From assembly GCA_023334545.1 (NCBI GenBank), contig JAADVB010000062.1:1-64000 (forward strand): a stretch of 64,000 bases of DNA, written 5' to 3'. This document shows positions 42,931 to 55,978 of the stretch, in pieces. The position numbers and the translations under genes were made by a program. The notes under the pieces were generated by a model, which saw nothing but the letters and a program-made list of their open reading frames with translations, ran no database searches and had not been told where the DNA came from. Source of the stretch: Salisapilia sapeloensis CBS 127946 (Eukaryota > Protista > Oomycota). How positions within the stretch are numbered: position 1 is the first letter of the stretch; every line of letters starts with the position of its first letter.

Positions 42931-44957
42931 ATGGATCGATTGGAGACCATCGCGCCCGTACTTGCGCCCATTGGAGCCTGCATCCGTTGTATCCAGCGGT
43001 TTGCGGGTGTAGAGGAAGTCAGTGCCTACAAGTATATCTTTTGCTTTGTGATCATTCTCAGCGTGCGCTCGATGAAGCGCTCTTATCCACTCAAACCCTA
43101 ATTTTGCGCATTTATCTGTGCAGATCATTATCGACAAAAGTCGAAGAGCTCATTCAGTCAATCCATAAGGATACTTGCATACCCGAAGATACAAACGGTG
43201 TGCAGCGACACCTATCCTGTTTCTATCTTGTCTAATTTGCATTCCATTCGCAGTGTGCTCCGTTTGCTTTGGCATCCTAGAGCCAGCTTTTTGCCTCAAG
43301 ACCATCGAGCAACTGAAAACTCGACTTGAAGCAGGGTACAAAAAGCATTATTTCAGAGACGCGACCTTGACAGGTATACTTATCGAGGCTGTGGTACAGA
43401 TCGTACGATGCAGACACCTTTGCCTTGAATCTGAAAATCCCCAGTGCCGTCCTACTGCGCGAATATTCCATTCGCGAGCACTTAAAAACTCAGCTCGCAA
43501 GTGGGAGTATTATTCAAAACCCCTTTGACCTGAAGGAAGTGCTTCGGGTATATGTTCTTGTTACTTGACAACAACACTTCACCACGCCTGACTACTCGCT
43601 TATCGTATACAGGGAATGATCTCCGACGATATATCCACTGCCCTGAACGGCGCGATCTGCGTCAGCAAAAGCGAGTTTAATGTTTTGATTGAAGTCACAC
43701 ACAACGAATCTGCTGACGAAGTAAAGCAGATCCCAGCAGTCAAAGTACCTTGAACATCATCCAACGTTACTGCTTCTGTCTGACATAATATTTAATGTAG
43801 ACGCAGCTAGAGTCCAGTAAAAAGCGACGCAGGGGTCCACAACCAGTGCTGGACGGCTTCGGCACGGTCTCTCGTGCTATTGCTGCCCTGACGACAATGC
43901 CAGAGACCATTGTCGTACGTTTCCATACAAAAGATATTACCCTGCCTATTATTCTAACTGGTCATGCATGCGAATAGTGTCCTCCAGGTAAAGTCTTAAC
44001 TACTCCAGCTGCCAACATCAAGTTGGAACGCGATCCGGTGTACCTCCAAGGTCGCTACATCAAGTACGAACGAGGGTTGAGTCAAACGCCGTGGGTTATT
44101 GATGGCGAGCGCATGGGCGAATCGTCTGTGGAAGAGAAGATTGGCGACCTTGCTCTTCCCTATTTTAATGGAGGCTCATACAAGTTCCACACTGCCGGAC
44201 GGGAAGATGTGGATGTGCGGATGCTTGGCAATGGTCGGCCATTTATCCTTGAAATCATAGGTGCGTCATGCTTTCTAATTGCAAACATTCTAATTGCTTA
44301 CGACTGGCTGTGGGTCGTGTGTAGATGCGAAGAAGACCAAGCTAACGAGTGAAGACTACCAAGGCATCCAGCACATTGTGAATGGAACGAATGGTATGAG
44401 TGTGGAGATTCGAGACGTGAAGCGTGCTACGAAAGAAGATTTCGTCAACCTTCAGTCTGGAGCTGACACTAAACGAAAGACGTATTGGTACGTTCAATCT
44501 ACGCACATGTCCATCCTCCATCGTCGTCTGACATTGCATGGATGACTAGTTGCGTCGTGTGGTCTGAAAAGGAACTTACGTCCGAAGCGTTGGCGAAGCT
44601 GGATGGCATCCAGGATCTCGTAGTGCAGCAAGAGACTCCCGTCCGAGTGCTTCATAGAAGAACGTTGATGACGAGACCGAAGGTCATTCACGATGCCAAA
44701 TGCGAGCTGATCAACAAGCATTACATGCTCCTGCGTATTACGACATCAGCTGGAGCATACGTGAAAGAGTTTGTGCACGGTGATCGCGGACGGACGCAGC
44801 CAAACGTCGCTTCCATCCTCGTACGTGATCCATTCTAGTTTTTCAACTGTCATGCAGTACACTCAGCTCTTTGTAGAATTGCGATGCCGACATTCTTCAA
44901 CTCGATGTGGAGAATCTGTTAGACACGACAGACGAAACATCTACGAAAGTGGAATAG
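42931..44957 (+). CDS. PUS10: tRNA pseudouridine synthase Pus10, multi-exon
   Basis: N-terminal CIRCIQRF and CSVCFGIL Zn ligands, GRYIKYERGLSQTPW, catalytic AGREDVDVRMLGNGRPF, QETPVRVLHRR, TSAGAYVKEFVHGDRGRTQP, DILQLDV. Confidence 0.93.
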
Positions 44958-44983
44958 GTAGGTATGCAGAGCACAACGTTCCT

Positions 44984-47900
44984 TTATACGCTGCTCGAAG
45001 TGCTTGGAAATGCTAATGAGTCGTACTGGGATTCATCCCAGAGCTCTCCAGCCTGTTCCAGCAATTTTTGCGCTTCTTTAGGTAAATAAGACATCGCATT
45101 GGCTTTCACTTCCTTCTTGTCGTCATTGCTACGTGCTCCGTCGGATGACTGCTGAAGCATCTGAAGCACCTGAGTCGTGTTCGCATTCGCACTAGCTTTT
45201 GCCTCTGTCTCTTTGATAGTAGTGTTCGCCACTCGCTCTTTAAACGCCTGTAGATTGACAACATCTTGCTCGATCGAGTCCTTTGTGATCAAACGGAACA
45301 CTCGTACAGTACGCTTTTGACCAAGCCGATGCGTTCTGTCCATAGCTTGGAGGTCCACGAATGGGTTCCACGAATGCTCTAAGAAGATGACCGTATCAGC
45401 TCCGGTGAGCGTCAAGCCCAACCCACCAACTTGCGTCGTCAACAAGAGTAAATCGATGGACGGATCACGATTAAAGCGATCAACAATCTCTCCACGCTTG
45501 CTCGATTGCGTCTCCCCATCCATTCGTGTGAAAGTTACTTTCGGAAGAGCTTCCTGCAGTAGTTTTTCCGTCAAATCTAGCGTCTCTCGAAGCTGTGCAA
45601 AGATCACACATCGATGCAACGAGCCGACATCCTGTTCGTCCTTGTCGCCTAGTCCACATGAATCGACAAGAACGTCTCGTAGTCCGACCATCTTGCAGGA
45701 GCTTTTCCAAGACGTTAGATCTTTTCTATTGCTCGCTGATACGCAACTGACGAGTGCCTTTTGATGCTGAACTAGTGCAGGATGTACGCAGACTCTCTTT
45801 AGTGTCTGAACTCTCACCAACGGTGTCTCCGTCCACTCTTTCTCAGACACCACTTCCATCAGGCGCTGCTGGATACCTGAAGGAGGTAACAAGACATCCG
45901 AGATGATCTTTGGCGGCAAGTCCTGTAGCACCTGCGTCTTCGTTCTTCGGAGTATAAAAGGCAATACGCTTTGGTGGAGCTCATTGATGGCAAGTGCTGC
46001 TGCCTCCTTTTGCTTCCCGCTTGCAGCATGCTCCTTGGACTTGGCAATCGGCGTTGCAAATCGCTTTCGGAACGATGCATTGTCGCCTAAGTACCCTGGC
46101 ATAAGGAACTCGAATGCAGCCCATAGATCTCCGGCTTGGTTTTGTAGTGGAGTGCCGCTGAGTGCGAGACGATGCTTCGACCGAAGACTAGTGACAGCTC
46201 GGAAGAGAGCAGTGTTGGGGTTGCGGATCACATGCGATTCATCCAGAGCTAGGAACTCGTACTGGAACGACGACATAAAGTCGAGGTCGGATCGAAGTAT
46301 TGCATACGTCGTTACAACGAGACATGTGCCAGCACCCGACTTGATACTAGATCGCAAACGCTTTCGAGTTGACGCAGGTCCAGAATAATCTACAACCTCA
46401 TCAAAGATATCGTCTGCTATGCGATCAGAAACCTCTTGGATCCAGTGGTAGACAACGCTAGGAGGGCAAATCACCAGACAAACAGCGTTCTCTCCTCTTT
46501 CTTGGACCTTTCGACAGCATAATGACATTGCTGCAAGTGCTTGTAGAGTCTTTCCTAGACCCATGTCGTCTGCCAGAATACCATGAAGTCCATTGGACGT
46601 TAGAAAGTGGATCCAATCGATACCATGCTGCTGGTACTTGCGCAATTGAACGCCACTCTTCAAGACGGATGTAGTGTCCACTGCCTCAATCGCATTCCCT
46701 TCCAACAGGTTTTCAAGAAACTGACGTGATGTCTGAGTCTCACTCACAAGTGTCTGTAGCTCTTTCGAAGCCAGTGTGGATTGAGATGCAGACAAGTCTT
46801 TCCGAAGGGGAATGAGAGGGACTAGAGCTGAAAACGTTTTCGACGCTCGTTTCCGGATGCCTTCCTCTTGAGCGCCCATGAGCTGCATAGCAACGTGCAC
46901 TAGAACTGGAAGATAAGGCAGCAATGTGCTGCCTTGAGCAGATACAAGGCGTTCTAGTGCAAAGACTCCACCTGACGTAGGCAGTACGTCTCGAATCAAA
47001 ACTAGCATGCACTTTTCCTGCCACTTGCTTACAGCAGCACAAATGCTTGCCAATGCACTGGCGACGCTTTCCATAGTTGTCATCAGTATGCTTGGTGTGT
47101 CAAGTACAACTGCCATGTTTTCCATCCACTTCAAAAGCTTTTCGCCAATGGAATCGCCCAAAGCAGTCGCAAGCAGCTCGATGATACGCATACTTTGACA
47201 AATGTCCACGTCCGTACTGCTCCAGGCTTTATCAACAAACGTCTCAATAACACTACCAATAACAATAACCTCTTTGACAGTTCTTTCACATAGACAAGAG
47301 ATCGCTAAGTCTGCACCTCGCACACGCACGTTTAACGTATGCTGCAAGTCTTTGCTCAGTACTGTTTTATCAGCACTGGCCTCGTGTTTCACCTTAGCAG
47401 TAGCGTTATTGCAGAGGTTCGACAAGAGTTTCGTCACGCACTTTGGTTGCGTCTTTGCTTCTGAATGTATAAATTCTGCCAATACAGACGCAGAAAGAGA
47501 TTGCAACGCTTCTTCCTCCTCTCCTTTAACTGCATCCATAAGAGCAGAGACTAGAAAGCCGCTCTTCTTGGTTGGCAAAGGCAGCAAGTGGACGTATGCA
47601 AATGTGCCAGTGCTCTTGATCCGCATCTCCATCTTACTATATCGGCTTTGGATCGACTCATCAAGGAGGAATAGATCTTGACGCTTGAAATGAGCAGTGT
47701 CGAACGCTCTTGGATCATGCGCAAGTGAGTCGAATGGGAACGAAGCGACGTGCTCAGCTACTTTTCGAGAGACAGTAGAGGCTAAACGGTCAGACTGCGT
47801 GGAACAAGAGTCGACTTGCACTCCTGTCTTTGTGAATACCTCTATAATACGCTCTTCCATAATGCGTTCACGATGAAGTGCTCCCTTAATCTCTTCATAC

Positions 47901-50241
47901 AGTATAACAGTACCAGGAGGCTGCCACTTCTTTCTTGCTAGACTCTCAATAGTATCTCCCACCGCATTCTTCAGCTCTGAAAGCCTTGCAAACTGGCCCA
48001 ATAACTGACAACGTTGAGCCCAGAAGCCAGTAAGCAATAGGGCACTGCTCAATTTCTTCCCATTCGAAGAGGATAGGTGGGAGGATAGAAGAGAAAGAAT
48101 GTTATCGACATTTGATTCTTCCATTGGAATGGTTGACAGCAAAAGACCAAGAGCGTCTGCCAACTGAACATACGTGGGCGTATCATCGTACAAACCGCGC
48201 GTATCTACTTCTGCCTTCTCCACTATCCTGTTATCTGTATCTGATGCCACGGAAGGAATAGCCACTGCGCATGCTGCCTCTTTCGTCCACAAGAGCTCTA
48301 CCCATGCTAGTACATCCATCTCTTTCACTCTGGCGTTGACAACTATCCGTTCATATGCATCTTGAAGCTCCTTCCTTATCAACTTGTCTTCTTCCTGTAC
48401 AAGCTGGAGCAACATGTGTGGAATCGCAATCTCAGTAAAAGCAGTTAGATCCTTACTCGTTTCAACATTTGATCCGAATATTGCACCAAGACACTCCAAC
48501 ATTGCCTTGCGCACACTTTTCATCTCGTGATGGACAAGTGGAATAGCCACGACCATTGTCGTCCACATGATACTTGTGCTCCCATCTACCAACCACAAGC
48601 CATGATGATACCAAGCATTCAGAGCTTCCACGACAGCTGCGGCAATGACACCAGACTGATGCTCTTGTAGTCTCATCCACAGTAAATTAGACGCTTCTTC
48701 CACTACATCCTGATCAACGTTCTTCATAAACGGAGTGAAATCCAGTAGCATCCAAACGGCAACCACAACGACTTCTTCCTCCGCTTCATCTGCGGAACTG
48801 TTCAATGAAGATAACACGTCCGACATGACCGTCGGTACTATACTGTCGGCCATATATGTGTGTGCTAGAATCAAGTAGCGCAGTCCAAGCAGCCCACCGT
48901 GCCGCGCATGCCACGTGGGTCCCTGTACAACTTTGCGAAGGACACGCAAGTAGTCCAACATGAGTTTCTCAGACTGGAACGTACCAAGAAGGATGCCCAA
49001 GACTTGTGCACACACTTGACGCACGGGAGCGACAGCACCGTCTGCAGAGTAGTCTACGAATTGATCCAGACCAAGTACGCAAATGCATCGCACGAGACAT
49101 TCCTCTATCCATGCGTCCACTATCGAGTACGCCTGACTTTCTTCTCGTTTATGAGTGGTGTCGGAAGAAAGAAATATTTCACGTATGGACAGTAGAGCAC
49201 CATGGCGCACTTCCCATTTAGAGTCAAAGATACACTCAAAGAGATCTGCTAATAGTGCAGCCAATGATTTGCGCATTTCACTACAGTCGTCATCCCCCAC
49301 GAGGTCACTCCTATCGTCTTCTTTACGCTTTCTTTTCCTAGCGTCGAATGATAAGTCATCCTCTGCGCTGCGCTTCAAAGACGTTTCTATCAGTTTAGAG
49401 GCATCTACTTGGTCTGCTTTTGTCCTACTTTTCTGCTCTATTTCTGCTTTCTCTTCACCCTGTTCAATATCCTTTGCCAACTCTTTCATGTGCTCCCGGT
49501 TCAACTGAGGCAACATTGACTGAGCCAACGCATTCTCCCTTGACTTCCAAATATCTGCTTGGCTGCCACAGATTCGCTTTAAAAGCAACCGGCGTTGTCG
49601 AAAAGCATACTTCTTCCGCTCCTCCTCGGTCCGACTGGCCTCATACTCGTATTCCTACTCGTTTGCATTTACACATTTAGGTATTTTACTCATTGAATCG
49701 ATCTACATAATGCGCACTTCTCCTCCACTGCGCAAAAGTGGTGCGCCAGAATGAATGACCGAGTCGAACGGTACATTTTTCAAGCCGAGCCCAGCTTCAA
49801 CCTGTTCTCCCACTAGTTCTCGCCGTTAAATACACAGGAGATGCAAAGCTACCAACATCAAAAATTATATACATGACGTCGTTGCGAACAGAAGTGTTGC
49901 ATTGCAAGCGTCTGGATGAAAAATGGACTTGGAGATAACTTTTAAACACGTCGCAGCAGCTTCCCTCGTCTCCCACTCTGAATGAGTGGTAAGCGGACGG
50001 ACCTGCTCTAGAATATAGTTCCCTGCACTGGGATATTGCAGAACCACCTGACCAAGCGCTTCTGCTGCATTCTGTCTTATCTGGCCTTCACTCGCCTCTA
50101 CGCTCCAATGAGGAAAGATAAGTGAGCTAGATCAGTCACTTCATGCATCTTCTTTATGCCTATAGAATGCATGTGTCGGTGTGTACCTTGCATGAGATGC
50201 AGGAGACTATCTGTACGCGTAGAACTCGGTAAATCGGACAT
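44984..50241 (-). CDS. BTAF1: TBP-associated SNF2 ATPase BTAF1/Mot1
   Basis: 5' exons MSDLPSSTRTDSLLHLMQ|EASEGQIRQNAAEALGQ...WETREAAA, HEAT repeats (WEVRHGALL, DYSADGAVAPVRQVCAQVLG), LRKYQQHG, GILADDMGLGKTLQ, LALDESH, LSGTPLQN, DLQAMDRTHRLGQ. Confidence 0.93.
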
Positions 50242-50386
50242 CGGACCCGAGTCTTCCTAGAGCTCAATTCGTTGCGCGAGTTCGTGTTCTAGAGTGGTAC
50301 TAACAAGGTACAAACGTCGTGGACAAGAGCACCCCACGGTGAAGGATGCTCGTCCGACGTCCCTCACAATCGATTTCGCCAAGTGC

Positions 50387-51245
50387 ATGATGGAGAGGAC
50401 TGCACTGGAAGTGACGTGGGTCATCTACGATCCAGAGGATCCATTCGGTGCAATCCTAGCACTCATCACCTTGTCTCCAGTGTATGTTATCCGTAGCTCT
50501 CTTTCCGTATCATCTTGACGAACGTGTACCTCTTCGATGTAGATACATCATGGTCATGTACGGAACGCTGGTGGTCTTTCAGCGAGACTTGGACAACATT
50601 TTCATGCTCATCGGACAAGTAACTACCTACCGTATCTTTCGAAATACCAATGTACTTATGAATCTATAGTTAACGTCCGAAGGCATTAACAAAGTGCTGA
50701 AGACGGTGTTAAAACAAGAACGACCGAGCATCACCGGACTGAGTGGACATGGCATGCCTTCATCACATGCACAGTTCCTAGGATTCTTTGCTGCATACGT
50801 TGTCCTATACACTTTAAAGAGGTACCTATCTCCTGTCTATCAACATGGATCACAACTTATGACAAGCCTTCCAACAGGATGAGTAACCAGCGCCGAGCGG
50901 AGAAAGTCTTGACGATCATTTTCGTACTGTCGCTTGCAGCTACCGTTGCCTTCTCTCGCGTACACTTGGGATACCACTACACCAACCAAGTGGTCGTCGG
51001 GCTCATCGTCGGCGTCTGTCTCGGAGTTTTATGGGAAGTGCTCATGTCCAAGGTACGTCCACAAAGTCCTGTTGACATTACTCCATTCCTTACATGGACT
51101 GCAGATACTCCGGCCGTATGTATTCCCAAAGATCGCAGCCACCAGCCTCGCTCGTGCCTTTTACATTCGAGACATCACGTCCATCCCGTCCGACCTCGTC
51201 ATCCTCCAGTACGAAGCAAGCGAAAGTCAAAAGAAAACACAATAG
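50387..51245 (+). CDS. DOLPP1: Dolichyldiphosphatase (PAP2 family), multi-exon
   Basis: TWVIYDPEDPFGAILALITLSPV, PAP2 motifs KTVLKQERP, GMPSSHAQF, SRVHLGYH. Confidence 0.88.
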
Positions 51246-51307
51246 ACGCATGTGAGATGAAAAAGAGTTCCAACGGCATATATATAAATCCAAAGCTTGC
51301 ATGCAAA

Positions 51308-52096
51308 TCAAGTGCTCGTTGGAACGTCCGAGTTGCCGCTATAGTCCACACAAGACCGACGAAAGTTCTCAGCCCACATCTTCTCAAACAGTTCTCTCTC
51401 GTGCGGCGGCTGCGGTGGCCGAAGCTCCTTGGGCAATTGCGCCGGCGGACGGTACTCGACTGGATCACTCGGTCGACTGTTCACCTTGCCATGGTAGCCT
51501 CCTAGGAACTCTATCACGGTCGTCGGATCCGTGCTTTCGTATAACAGCTCTCGAATAAATTTCTCCAGTGAAATGCACTTTTGGTGGAGGTACGTTGGGT
51601 CCAACCGATTGAACCATCGCGTCTCGATGGCGTTCCAGGCCATGCAGCTCCTAGGTGTCTTCTGCTGGTCGAGTTTCTTGGCCAACTCGCCAAATTCAGA
51701 GTACCGGCGCCAGTCTGCGAACAGATCTTTCCCCAGTTTGAACGTCACGAGATACTGCGCATGCCGATCGACGCCGGCCCTGGACTGGACGATCCGGAAC
51801 TTTGGGATGGAAATGGCAGCTTGCACAACCTTGGCGTTGCCGTCGTCGGACACGATGTTAAATGTTTTATGACCGGCCGTGTACCTCGAGTTCATCTGTT
51901 CGTCACCGAGGACGTGCAAGGAGCCGCCACTGACGTCGCCAAGCAGTCCCAAGTCGGAGCTTAGCTTTCGTCTCAACGACGTTGGCTCATTTCCACCGCC
52001 CCAACTCTCGCCGCTCGAGTCAATGTCGGCAAACCATCCCCAGTCCGCGCTTCCTTCCTTGCCGCCGCTCATGTACGAAGACGACCTCGAGCGCAT
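51308..52096 (-). CDS. PX (Phox homology) domain protein
   Basis: ISIPKFRIV...AQYLVTF...WRRYSEFGELAKKL...RLDPTYLHQKCISLEKFIRELL. The true start may lie in upstream exons (see findings). Confidence 0.85.
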   Translation of the reverse strand: MRSRSSSYMSGGKEGSADWGWFADIDSSGESWGGGNEPTSLRRKLSSDLGLLGDVSGGSLHVLGDEQMNSRYTAGHKTFNIVSDDGNAKVVQAAISIPKFRIVQSRAGVDRHAQYLVTFKLGKDLFADWRRYSEFGELAKKLDQQKTPRSCMAWNAIETRWFNRLDPTYLHQKCISLEKFIRELLYESTDPTTVIEFLGGYHGKVNSRPSDPVEYRPPAQLPKELRPPQPPHERELFEKMWAENFRRSCVDYSGNSDVPTST

Positions 52097-52104
52097 CCCG
52101 CCAT

Positions 52105-52662
52105 CTACATGTACATGCAATAGCAATGTAAGAATGAGACAATATTTTCGTACAAACGTGATCGGCACGGAGTATACAACACCAGGCAACGTGACGTTGC
52201 AGTCACGTGCTTAGAATGAGTATACACCGTGCGATCGGCACCCGACTCGGGTACTGTATGTAGGTACACCAGGTGTCGATCTTGAAAGGAAATAGGCTTA
52301 CGGAAATGGGCGTGGGCGCGAAGGAGGTCGCTCTTGACAGCGCGACTGTCGTACGTGTTCATGTAGGTCGCGATGACGTCTACACCCGGACGAGCACGCG
52401 GTGTCTTGCTCGAGACTGCAACCGAAGGCACCGAGTAGCTGAGTGATACAGGCATGTACGCGTACGTGTCTGGTGATGTGGATTGAGTGGTTGCTGCCGT
52501 CGCGAAAGAGCCGAGGGAATGTTTCCGTACTTCCGGATCGTCAAAGGCGAAGACTGCCGAGACACTTTCGTGCCACTTGACGTACGGCAGCGATTGCGTG
52601 TCGGTCGTGTCTTCCGAGTCTGTGTGTACATGTCTTGTGTGGTCTTCCATTGCTTGCCGCAT
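52105..52662 (-). CDS. Hypothetical ORF, possibly 5' exons of the PX-domain gene
   Basis: ATG 52662, Ser/Thr-rich coding-like sequence, strong donor GTAAGC near 52301, no domain recognised. Confidence 0.4.
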   Translation of the reverse strand: MRQAMEDHTRHVHTDSEDTTDTQSLPYVKWHESVSAVFAFDDPEVRKHSLGSFATAATTQSTSPDTYAYMPVSLSYSVPSVAVSSKTPRARPGVDVIATYMNTYDSRAVKSDLLRAHAHFRKPISFQDRHLVYLHTVPESGADRTVYTHSKHVTATSRCLVLYTPCRSRLYENIVSFLHCYCMYM

Positions 52663-53581
52663 ATTGCGAGCGCGGCGCCACGGGACCGGAGGATTCGGTC
52701 GCTGTAGACACAGGCTTTGGCCGATCGTGCCCGACAAGGTCTCCTACTGCTCTTCGCTGTCTGAAAAAGGAGATTCTGGTGCCGCAGACGTAGACCTGGT
52801 ATATAAGGCTGCAGCTGGGTACAGTGCGATCTTTTGGCGAGTGGCGCGGCTCTGAAGCTCCAGCCCAGGTCTTTCTGCCGTTCGAGTGCACGAAATGAGG
52901 AAGCAATTGGAAATAAAACTGCTAGGTGTATTTTCAGCCAATCCAAAGCCTTGTTGGAAGAGTTTCCACGAATCGCAATGTGGTGGAAACTTCAAATTGA
53001 AGTACTCGCAACCTCTGCCATGAGGAGCGCTTGGACATGGCTACGAGTGTCAAAGACAGTGCTTTTTGATGGTCTTATACCAGACGAGGTACGTTGCTCC
53101 TATCGAACAAGATGATTTGCCCCTTCGCGTGCAGGTACTTCTGCTCATGATCGACCGTCCTAAAACTTTTCCTGCCGGCATCGGAAGATTCGCCAGCTTC
53201 CTATGTTCACTAACGCCACTGTACTACGACTTGCCGTCTGAGAAAAATGCGTCATCCTTTCGGACTCATCTCATCTAACACCCGAGCTCTGCGCTGTGCC
53301 CGTTCTCCGAACTTCCGTCCAGCGTTGGAAATTACTCGTCGGTGCAACCGTCAAATAAGATTCCATTCGAGTCTCTATATGACTGGAGGTGGATGAAATC
53401 ATGAACATACAGCTGGGATGAAACGCGAAAGTGAGAGGTGCTAGAGGCTTGCGTCGTGTTGTGCTCCCATTTCCACCTACTACAGTCAACATAGCAAAAC
53501 TCTATTTCATTTTCGTGCACTCGACATTTCGTCATCCACACAAGTAGAGGCGGCTCACTTGGAGTTACTAGTCCAGCATTC

Positions 53582-55459
53582 ATGCCCGAAAACGATAAAA
53601 TCATGTTGCTCTGTCCAGACGAAGCTGAGTTACAGGGACTGACGCACTCTTTCAAGTCGCTCGAGTCCGAGACCGAGTCGGAACAAGACCCGCCGCCATG
53701 TGCCTGTGACTACCGGTTGGAGAACCGTTGCTCGTTTCATCGAGACGAGTACTATGGACTGCACTTTGAGCTCGACAGTGACTGTCGAGATCTCAAGCAT
53801 CTCATGGAGCAGATACAGGAACATGAAGTCCGCCAATACGTATACAACGACAAGCTAGTCGGACACGTCGTGGAGTATCTGCACTTTCGACGCTATCAAG
53901 TGACCGTCGCCCAGATCCAAGCGATCACGCAGCTAGTTCAAAAGCGACTTTCCAATGTACGCAGTCTGCAGTTCGTAGACACGTTCCAAGCAAATTTCCT
54001 CAAGCTCCAGTGCGTCCCGTTCCGACATTTCTTCTGTACTGCCTTTAACGTCCGACCTCGACGTAAAGTCACATCACCAGGGATGTCAAGTCAAACTCAT
54101 CCCAAAGGCTCCTTGAAACAGTTCATAGTGCGAGAATCTGCACTCGGAAACTCCTTCTTCGCCGCCATCGGTTCCGCTTTGCACTACTCGAACGCCATCA
54201 CCGAGCTGGAGCTTCAGCAGATTCTTGACCCTACAAATCTTCCGACCACCGACCTCCACTTGTGCTGGGGATGGCTAGTCTTCGGTCTCTTCCATCCGAA
54301 CTCGTCTGCCAGAGTCTCCCACTTGGATCTCTCGCGCAACCTCCTGTCCATGGAAAACCTTCGATTCGTCGAAGGCGTCATGTCCGGTGGACACCCAGCC
54401 CAGGTGCTGCTCGTGCACACCTATGTGGCTGCGCTACGTCGCTACGGCAAGTCACCAGAGCATCGTCAGCTCAAGCAAAGCACTCGCAAGACACTGATGA
54501 ACGGCATTCCTCGGACACGAATGTTCGCGCTCATGCGTGCGAGCACACCGTTCCGACCATTGCCAGCGACAGGTGCTGTGGAGGATCATATTCTCCAAGG
54601 CCTCGTGACCGAACGAGAGCAGCTGGAAGTCTTCTGTAGGCTCAAGAGATGGGTTTGTCTCGTTGTCCCTGGGTACGGACTGGCGTGGGCACCTGCAGAG
54701 TACGTTGTCGAAGTAAAGGAAGTACCCATGTCGCTTCGCACAAGCTCTCCTGCTGCACTGCTCAAGACAGCCAAGTTCTGGCACATGATCGAGCCAGACG
54801 ACCGTGCTTCTGTCGTACCGTACGTTGTGCTCTTCCTGCAGATGACAGGTGCAAGCGAAAGACTGGACGGACTGAATGTCAGTGAAAATCGCATCGGATG
54901 CGCAGATACTTTTGGTGCGCAGGCGTGGGAAGTCTTCCATCGCATCCTGCATTCCTGTCCGAACTTGACGTCGCTTAATCTGAGCAATTGTGAGCTGAAC
55001 GACATGTCACCTCTCGTTGATGCGTACAGAAGAGGAGAGTCGAGGCTTCGGGAGCTCATTCTAGACAACAACCACATCGGTTTCCAAGGCTCTCTCGATC
55101 TGGCCATGCTACTTATTGGTGGTAACGCACCAAATAAACAGGAGAAAGCGACGAAGAAACTAGTCGCAGCGAATTTAGAAGTGCTCAGCCTGCTCTTCAA
55201 TAACATCGAGTCGAGTGGAGTCCGGACGTTGCTTGAAGCACTCAAGTTTAATCAATCGATTCGGCATTTAGGCATCGACTATGGAAATACACTACCACCG
55301 GAGCTCGGGATGTTTGAGTTTCCAGCCGAAGCGTCGCAGTGGGGTGCCCTTCACTTGTTCGAACGAATAGAAGTCGTGCGTGCGTTCGAGGCGTTCCAAG
55401 GTGCGACGAATATCGATCCTGATGTCATGCTGCTCATGTGGGACTTGCTCGACTATTGA
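53582..55459 (+). CDS. RNI-like leucine-rich-repeat protein
   Basis: LRR units ITELELQ, VSHLDLSRN, LDGLNVSENRI, CPNLTSLNLSNCEL, LRELILDNNHI, LEVLSLLFNNI, IRHLGI; beta-rich insert WVCLVVPGYGLAW. The 5' end is uncertain. Confidence 0.75.
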   Translation: MPENDKIMLLCPDEAELQGLTHSFKSLESETESEQDPPPCACDYRLENRCSFHRDEYYGLHFELDSDCRDLKHLMEQIQEHEVRQYVYNDKLVGHVVEYLHFRRYQVTVAQIQAITQLVQKRLSNVRSLQFVDTFQANFLKLQCVPFRHFFCTAFNVRPRRKVTSPGMSSQTHPKGSLKQFIVRESALGNSFFAAIGSALHYSNAITELELQQILDPTNLPTTDLHLCWGWLVFGLFHPNSSARVSHLDLSRNLLSMENLRFVEGVMSGGHPAQVLLVHTYVAALRRYGKSPEHRQLKQSTRKTLMNGIPRTRMFALMRASTPFRPLPATGAVEDHILQGLVTEREQLEVFCRLKRWVCLVVPGYGLAWAPAEYVVEVKEVPMSLRTSSPAALLKTAKFWHMIEPDDRASVVPYVVLFLQMTGASERLDGLNVSENRIGCADTFGAQAWEVFHRILHSCPNLTSLNLSNCELNDMSPLVDAYRRGESRLRELILDNNHIGFQGSLDLAMLLIGGNAPNKQEKATKKLVAANLEVLSLLFNNIESSGVRTLLEALKFNQSIRHLGIDYGNTLPPELGMFEFPAEASQWGALHLFERIEVVRAFEAFQGATNIDPDVMLLMWDLLDY

Positions 55460-55978
55460 GTCGATGCAATTATGTATAGTAGGAGTTGTTTAAAGGAGCG
55501 CTAGTAAATGCAGGCGAGGAGCTGGGCGTGTCGAGAGTAGATGTCGCCCAGAGGGAGGTGGATAGCAGCGTTCAATAGATACGAAATCGGTTATAGTTGA
55601 AGTACGATTTGATCGATTAGAAGCATTTTGCTTTCAACGTGATCTGTTGCCTATTGTGAGCTTCGTAGAGAAGCGAAATGTAGCAAGTGTAGACTGCCCA
55701 CATTCGAGTGCCGACACTGTGCATCCTAACGCCGTTTTCTTAGTACCATCCATCTACAGACTATAGAGCAAAATAGCAATTTCTGGTCGCTTCGACGGCG
55801 ATGTGGCTACCACTAGGGATCATTCGTGTCTGGTCTCCTATAACTGGCCCTGCTCCACGCAAGAGCAAGCATCGTCTCGATGTCCTGATACGTTTATCTC
55901 GGTAGAGCATCAAAGAAAAGAATAAAGAAAAGAAAAGAAAGCGCTGGCTTGACAACACAACAAGCACAAGCAGCCACC

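Noticed and set aside
55911-55940. Short (AAAAG)n-like purine run
   Set aside because: Ordinary low-complexity 5' UTR/promoter sequence.
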